NCBI GenBank assembly: GCA_902385255.1
Contig: CABMEV010000001.1
Coordinates: 50,496 to 82,495 of the forward strand
DNA: 32,000 nt
Direction: 5' to 3'
From: Candidatus Tiddalikarchaeum anstoanum
GTDB taxonomy: Archaea > Nanobdellota > Nanobdellia > Tiddalikarchaeales > Tiddalikarchaeaceae
Shown here piece by piece: positions 27,029 to 32,000 of the stretch. The notes beneath the pieces were generated by a model. It was not told where the DNA came from. It worked only from the letters and a program-made list of their open reading frames with translations, and searched no databases. The position numbers were made by a program, and so were the translations under genes. How positions within the stretch are numbered: position 1 is the first letter of the stretch; each line of letters starts with the position of its first letter.

Positions 27029-27681
27029 AGAGGAATGGAAATTAGAACTTTTTTTTAGCAGAGCAGCAACACATTTTTTTTGAACTAAGTTTGAGTAGTT
27101 CTTTGTTTATCGCGTAGTTGCGAATCTTTTTCGCTGGATGCTTTTTTAAGCTCTTTTTCTCCATTCCTCCTTAACTCTTTTTTTTGGGTCCATGTAATTA
27201 AAAAATAAAAAATTAAAAAATGTTAAATTTTTTTAGTTGAGTTGAAAAATAAAATAAGTGCAATTTTAGCATAGTTAGTTTTTCGTTTTAGTACAGAGCA
27301 AGACAGTAATTAAGCAAGTGTCGCTTTTGACTTGGGTCCCAAACAATTTCAGGGGACTGGTCGTTTTCGATTACATTTTTTTTCTTGGATTTACTAATCT
27401 AAACTAGTCATGCTGTTCTTTAATTGCAAATATTTTATTTTTTTAAAACAACCCTCGAGAAATTCTTAGAAATTTTGTGCTTTCATCGGGTTAGTATCTT
27501 GAAAAACATGATGTTATGGCGCCTGCTACTTTAATGAGCCATACACATACGTGATTCAAGTTATTAACCACAACTTAAAAGTTAAACGCTAGTTATATAA
27601 AAAACCTTCGAAGTAATATATCGAGTCACTAAATAGTTATTAAAAATGTTTATATACGTTAATCCTTTTTGCATCTAAAAT

Positions 27682-28971
27682 ATGCACCTCGAAAACTTGC
27701 TGAAGAAGGTTACTACGAAAAAGTTAATCTCATTTTATAATATTGTTGAGAAATTAAAAACTACTATGAGGTATGATAACCAGGAGGGTATTGCTGACTC
27801 TGTTGCTGACCATTCTTTCAGGCTGGGTGTCATGGCATACTTAGTTGCCGAGCATTATAACCTTGATATTGACAAGACTAAAGCGGTTGATTTGGCTTTA
27901 ATTCATGATATGGGCGAGTACTTGCATGGTGATGTGGACCAGAGAAAGATAAGGGAGGGAGTGGTTTCGAAGGATGATAAGGAGAAGCTTGAAGAGGAAG
28001 GTTTAAATGAGTTAAAAAAAGCTCTTCCAAGGACTATGCGTAATTATCTGTCGAATTTATGGGAAGAATATAATTCTTTGTCAACTCCTGAGTCAAAGTA
28101 TATTAAGGCGTTGGATAAGTTGGAGAGTATGCTTCGCATATCCAACAAGGGGTATAAAGTGTTTATGCCTTCATTCACTGGCGAGAATGATGGCGCCCAA
28201 GCGAAGCTGATAAATTACGCGGATAATGCTGTCCGCTCATATCCACCTCTTGCCTGTTTGAATTCTATTGTTAAGAATAGGATTAAGTCAGAGTTTGACA
28301 AAGTGGGTTTTTCGTGGCCTAGTTCCTGCAATGAATTCCTGGATTCCGGATGCTCTGATGATTTGGTGCAGATTGTTTCCTTCCTTGATACTATTGAGAA
28401 TTTAAAGTGCGAGCTTAGGTATGGCAAGGTTAAGACTAGTATGAGCGAGTCTGTTGCCGGCCACATGTTCAAGCTTGCAGTTATGACTTTCAGTTTCGCT
28501 AAGCAGTACGATTTGAAGCTTGATGTTTATCATGCGTTAAAGCTTGCTTTAGTTCATGACTTGGGTGAGTGTTTCGAGGGTGATATTCCTGCTGCTGACG
28601 TCCACTTGGGTGAGATTTCCAAGGAGGAGAAGTTCTCTATTGAAGAACGCGGTTTTAAAAAACTCTGAGGGTTATTGCCTGAGAATTTAGGCACTGATAT
28701 TTTAGATTTATGGAAGGAGTATGAGGTCGGGGCGACGATTGAGTCGCAGTACGTTAACGCATTGGATAAATTGGAGGCCCAGCTTCATGTCTGCAGCGTT
28801 GGGGAACATCGTTTATTGAAGAGTTACAGTCTAACTCCTGTTTATGCTGACAAGGCAGTTCTTAGGCTTAATATATTTAAGGATATGCTGCAGAGTATTA
28901 AGATTACTATGAGGGCGCAGTTTGAGAATGAAGGTTTAGAGTGGAAGAAGGATTATAACCTGTTTATGTAA
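27682..28971 (+). CDS. Tandem-duplicated YfbR-like HD-domain phosphohydrolase (5'-nucleotidase-like), interrupted by one in-frame TGA at 28666..28668 (ORF segments 27682..28668 and 28675..28971, same frame)
   Basis: Repeat 1: ADHSFRLGVMAYL...LIHDMGEYLHGDV...YIKALDKLES. Repeat 2: AGHMFKLAVMTF...LVHDLGECFEGDI...*...YVNALDKLEA. Confidence 0.75.
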
Positions 28972-29360
28972 TTGTTTTGTTTTAATTCCCTGTATTGCCT
29001 GTACCACTCGTCAACTCTTTTGCAGTCCAGTGTCGGGTTCATCTCAATGTGTGGTTTTAATGCTCCGCTGAATGTTTTTGGGATGTGTAATAATTCATGT
29101 ATTAATACTTTAACTTTGTCATCTTCGTTCAGGTTCAAGTATTTTGAGTATAATAATTCTATTACATATTTTGGGCTGCTGTTGAATGCTGCTGTGAAGA
29201 TTCTTGGAGTGCTCCATATCCTGGCGAGTGCTCTGCTTGTGCTGTTTTTTGAGAATACGCATCTTACGAATTCGGTGTTGATGTGGTCCCAGCCTAGTGT
29301 TTCAACCAAGTCTTTCATCTTTTGTTCTGCTTCATCTGCGCGTATAAAATCAAGATTCAT
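28953..29360 (-). CDS. Small predicted zinc metallopeptidase (HExxH)
   Basis: 135 aa with ARIWSTPRIF...YVIELL...VLIHELLHIP. Resembles the archaeal predicted-metallopeptidase family. Confidence 0.55.
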   Translation of the reverse strand: MNLDFIRADEAEQKMKDLVETLGWDHINTEFVRCVFSKNSTSRALARIWSTPRIFTAAFNSSPKYVIELLYSKYLNLNEDDKVKVLIHELLHIPKTFSGALKPHIEMNPTLDCKRVDEWYRQYRELKQNNYINRL

Positions 29361-29454
29361 TACTGTTAAAGGTTTATCAGCTTCTCTTTTTAAATTAATA
29401 TATCTTAAATTGATAATCTTTTTAAACCGCTCAGTCTCTAAATTATTTTATTCC

Positions 29455-29526
29455 GGGCTGGTAGCTCAGTAGTAGAGCGCCGCATTTGCAATGCGGAGGT
29501 CCAGGGTTCGAATCCCTGCCAGTCCA
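29455..29526 (+). tRNA. tRNA-Ala (anticodon UGC)
   Basis: 72 nt. Acceptor GGGCTGG/CCAGTCC with G3:U70, anticodon arm CCGCA-TTTGCAA-TGCGG, T arm CAGGG-TTCGAAT-CCCTG. Confidence 0.9.
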
Positions 29527-30920
29527 TTAAAAACTATTTAAAGACATTTATTTCTTAATTCTTAAATGGTTAATCAAAAAATTTATACTTTAACTAATGG
29601 GTTATTAGTAGGATTAGAGAAAGATGATTCTAAAATAGTGTCAGTTAAGTTAATTTTGAATACAGGTTTGTTAGATGAACTTCCTGGAGATGAAGGAATA
29701 TCACATTATGTTGAACATATGATAATTAGAGGGGGGTCCAAAAAATATACACAAACAAAGTGTGATGAAATTAATCGTTCATTTACTTATAATGCTACTA
29801 CTTATTCTGATAAAACTGAATATATAGGTTCGTTCTTAGCAGAAGATACAAATCTTTTTATAGATTACTTATCAGATACAGTCTTTAATCCAATATTTGA
29901 TAATAATAAATTAGAAGAGGAACGTAAAAGAATATTACAAGAAATTTCTGATAAAAAGGGAGATTATGTTTTTAAAGATTTTAAGTTATTTTATGATGAA
30001 CTTTTTGGAAAATATGCAAATCATAATTATGACGCATCACTTGAAAAATCAGTAATTTCTTCAGCTACTGTTAAACAACTTAAAAAATTTCACAAAAATA
30101 ATTATTTACCTGGAAATAGTAAATTAATAATTAAAGGAGACTTCCCAGATAATATTGAAGACTTAATAATAACTAATTTTGGAGACTTAAAAGGCAGTAA
30201 AAAAAAGATTATTCACCAAACTCCTCAAAATATAAATGGACCTAGAATAATTCATACTAGAGCTACCGAAACTGAAAGTTTAGTTATAAAAATAGGTATT
30301 CCTATATATTCAGATAAAAAAGAGGAAAAAACATTAATAGATCTAATTTCATACATTTTAGGAGGAGCATATAATTTTGAATCGGAATTATTTAATTCTT
30401 TAAGTTTAAAAAAAGGTTTAGTATATTCTATTAATGTTAATTATAATAATAACTGTATTTTTATAAATTGCAGAACAAATCCTAATAATAAAGAAGAAAC
30501 AATTGATGCAATATTTTCATCTTTTGAGGATATTAGAACAAAATTAATACCTGAAGACAAACTTAATCATATTAAGAAAAAGGCTAAATATGGAATTTTA
30601 TTAATTAATGAATTGAGTAAACATAGTTTTGAAGGATTAGAAGACAAAATTAATGGAGATAATTTTGATGAAAACATAGATATTATTAATAATGTAACAC
30701 CTGAAAATATAAAAGAAACTGCAATAAAATTCCTTCCTGAAAATAAGAATGGTAATTATGTAATGTTATTAAAAGACCCATTAAAAGAATCAGAAACTAA
30801 TCAATCTGATTATACAATTTAAGCTTAATATTTTTTATTTTAGAATAGTAACTCATTTAATGAAATTTAATCAATTTATCTGATTTTTTTAATGTTAGGA
30901 TTGAGCAGCTTCCGAGGCTT
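29527..30920. mobile_element. Possible remnant of a tRNA-Ala-targeted insertion (bounded by the tRNA 3' end and its 17-nt duplicate); no integrase present
   Basis: Exact repeat GAATCCCTGCCAGTCCA at 29510..29526 and 30921..30937. The enclosed gene is visibly AT-richer: my hand count of its first 100 nt gives 24 G+C. Confidence 0.3.
29566..30822 (+). CDS. M16 (pitrilysin) family zinc peptidase-like protein
   Basis: Inverted zinc motif HYVEH (HxxEH) near residue 47, and LEEERKRILQEI about 70 aa downstream. 418 aa, the typical two-lobed M16 size. Confidence 0.7.
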   Translation: MVNQKIYTLTNGLLVGLEKDDSKIVSVKLILNTGLLDELPGDEGISHYVEHMIIRGGSKKYTQTKCDEINRSFTYNATTYSDKTEYIGSFLAEDTNLFIDYLSDTVFNPIFDNNKLEEERKRILQEISDKKGDYVFKDFKLFYDELFGKYANHNYDASLEKSVISSATVKQLKKFHKNNYLPGNSKLIIKGDFPDNIEDLIITNFGDLKGSKKKIIHQTPQNINGPRIIHTRATETESLVIKIGIPIYSDKKEEKTLIDLISYILGGAYNFESELFNSLSLKKGLVYSINVNYNNNCIFINCRTNPNNKEETIDAIFSSFEDIRTKLIPEDKLNHIKKKAKYGILLINELSKHSFEGLEDKINGDNFDENIDIINNVTPENIKETAIKFLPENKNGNYVMLLKDPLKESETNQSDYTI

Positions 30921-30937
30921 GAATCCCTGCCAGTCCA
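30921..30937 (+). repeat. Direct repeat of the tRNA-Ala 3' end (att-like)
   Basis: 17/17 identity with 29510..29526. The preceding ~17 nt (TTCCGAGGCTT...) resemble the T arm only loosely: one T-stem mismatch and a non-canonical T loop CTTGAAT. Confidence 0.7.
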
Positions 30938-31206
30938 AATCATTTATTTATTAAATAGGATTAATGCTCCTGGTGAAGTGGAACAAATAAGTTTTAAAGG
31001 TATTAATACTAAGTTAAAGAAAGGAGGATTGTTTTAATTATGGTATTCAAAAAGAAAGAAAAGAAAGAAAAGAAATAATTTTAATCTATACTATTGTTAA
31101 TTTTTATTATTGTAAGTATTCATTTGCAAGTAAGTACTATCCTATAATTTAAAGGTGCAGATGAATTCTTTATATTTTAAAGAATCAGATAACTAAATAT
31201 TACTGT

Positions 31207-31446
31207 TTAATTCTTTTTTTGAATATAATTCTCTGCTTCTGAATAAGTAATATTAAGCGAGCAGCTTAATTCCTTGCATAAAAAGTCTTTATACTTGACG
31301 TTCAGCTTATCCTTATTGCCTTTATAGAATTCTATAAAAGTAACCTTGAATATGTCCATTTTTTTGGTTAATTTATCCTTATTATTTGAAGCATCTAATA
31401 CTAATTCCTCTAATCTGCTTATTTCAACATTAGCTAATCCGTTCAT
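31207..31446 (-). CDS. Hypothetical protein
   Basis: 79-aa ORF, no recognisable motif. Confidence 0.35.
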   Translation of the reverse strand: MNGLANVEISRLEELVLDASNNKDKLTKKMDIFKVTFIEFYKGNKDKLNVKYKDFLCKELSCSLNITYSEAENYIQKKN

Positions 31447-31567
31447 TCAAAAAATAATTCGAAAATTTAATAGTTATAAGGCTTTTCTTTAAACAATACA
31501 CATTTAATACATTATATAAAAAGCAACACTTTTAATGTAAAAAAGTTAGTAAAATTAACGAATTTTT

Positions 31568-32000
31568 ATGAACAACGCCGTTGAATTAGTGCATTATCAC
31601 ACAGAATGGTGCGATTCAAGTGTAAGCAACCTCAACCAAGTCTTGGTCAAAGCCTGCTGCGAGGCAGAAAAAAACAGCGCCCAAAAATATAAGAATTATT
31701 TTCTGAATAACTTCAAAGAGCTTAACTTAGTGCTTGACTTATTATATGATGAACTGCTCGACGCTTACATTAAGGGAGAAAGCAGTAATTCTTACTATCT
31801 TGAACGCTTATTTGAGGAAGCAGTCAAGAAGTACGAGTTATGTCTTGACAACCCAAAAGAAATAATTAAAAAATCGAAAAAAGAACTGCACTCATCAATG
31901 CTATGGAAGTACTCTAAAATGCTTGACTTAGTTGACGAATACAAAAAAGAAAAAATAGACATGGGCTTCCTGTTAAATATGAAATCATTCTTCGAATCCC
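31568..32000 (+). CDS. Hypothetical protein, 5' partial (open to window end; absent from ORF track because no stop is reached)
   Basis: ATG at 31568, then 144 open codons: MNNAVELVHYHTEWCDSSVSNLNQVLVKACCEAEKNSAQKYKNYF... Confidence 0.45.
   Translation, partial: MNNAVELVHYHTEWCDSSVSNLNQVLVKACCEAEKNSAQKYKNYFLNNFKELNLVLDLLYDELLDAYIKGESSNSYYLERLFEEAVKKYELCLDNPKEIIKKSKKELHSSMLWKYSKMLDLVDEYKKEKIDMGFLLNMKSFFES

Noticed and set aside
27029-27681. RNase P RNA, SRP RNA or C/D-box sRNA in the long intergenic gap
   Set aside because: I could not find GAGGAAAGTCC-type, SRP helix-8 or paired C/D box (RTGATGA...CTGA) signatures. The region is AT-rich, unlike structural RNAs in AT-rich genomes. It is kept only as an unexplained gap.
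28666-28668. Selenocysteine at the in-frame TGA of the HD hydrolase (and at 150..152 in the IMPase gene)
   Set aside because: The TGA aligns with a Lys in the paralogous repeat and with Gly/Ser in the IMPase family. These are not redox-active Cys positions. No SECIS-like element was recognised, and the other two interruptions are TAA.
30890-30937. tRNA-Ala 3' fragment as a functional split-tRNA half (Nanoarchaeum style)
   Set aside because: The T stem has a mismatch, the T loop is CTTGAAT (lacking the conserved TTCRA), and I found no complementary leader to a 5' half.
31040-31078. Micro-ORF MVFKKKEKKEKK preceded by AAGGAGGA
   Set aside because: It is a 12-codon low-complexity A/G repeat. 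The SD-like match is probably fortuitous, and nothing supports coding.

Overview
AT-rich archaeal chromosome segment. Archaeal identity rests on a 16S rRNA with archaeal termini, an intron-containing tRNA with a helix-forming intron, ribosomal protein eL41, a TFE-like factor and a form III RuBisCO. A small-genome DPANN-type lineage is my inference, not shown. The window holds about 45 protein genes, four tRNAs (Ile-UAU with a 43-nt intron, Glu-UUC, Leu-AAG, Ala-UGC) and a stand-alone 16S rRNA gene (23593..25060) with no 23S next to it. Housekeeping genes include AspRS, parvulin PPIase, a ProB-like kinase, HAD and HD hydrolases, LemA and an AI-2E transporter. Four things stand out. (1) A translationally coupled fakA-like / fakB(DegV) / plsY cluster (12403..14697), a bacterial-type fatty-acid kinase and acyl-phosphate:G3P acyltransferase route. 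It is followed by a membrane-anchored hexapeptide acyltransferase, a radical-SAM/SPASM enzyme and GT2+GT4 glycosyltransferases. (2) Three otherwise well-conserved enzymes (IMPase family, form III RuBisCO, a tandem-HD phosphohydrolase) are each interrupted only by in-frame nonsense codons (2x TGA, 2x TAA) with no frameshifts. All three stop codons also terminate normal genes here. (3) The 16S decoding-centre helix 44 departs from near-universal sequence, partly by compensated pairs. (4) A 17-nt exact copy of the tRNA-Ala 3' end lies 1.4 kb downstream of the tRNA and brackets a markedly AT-richer M16 peptidase gene. No CRISPR array, transposase or integrase was seen.
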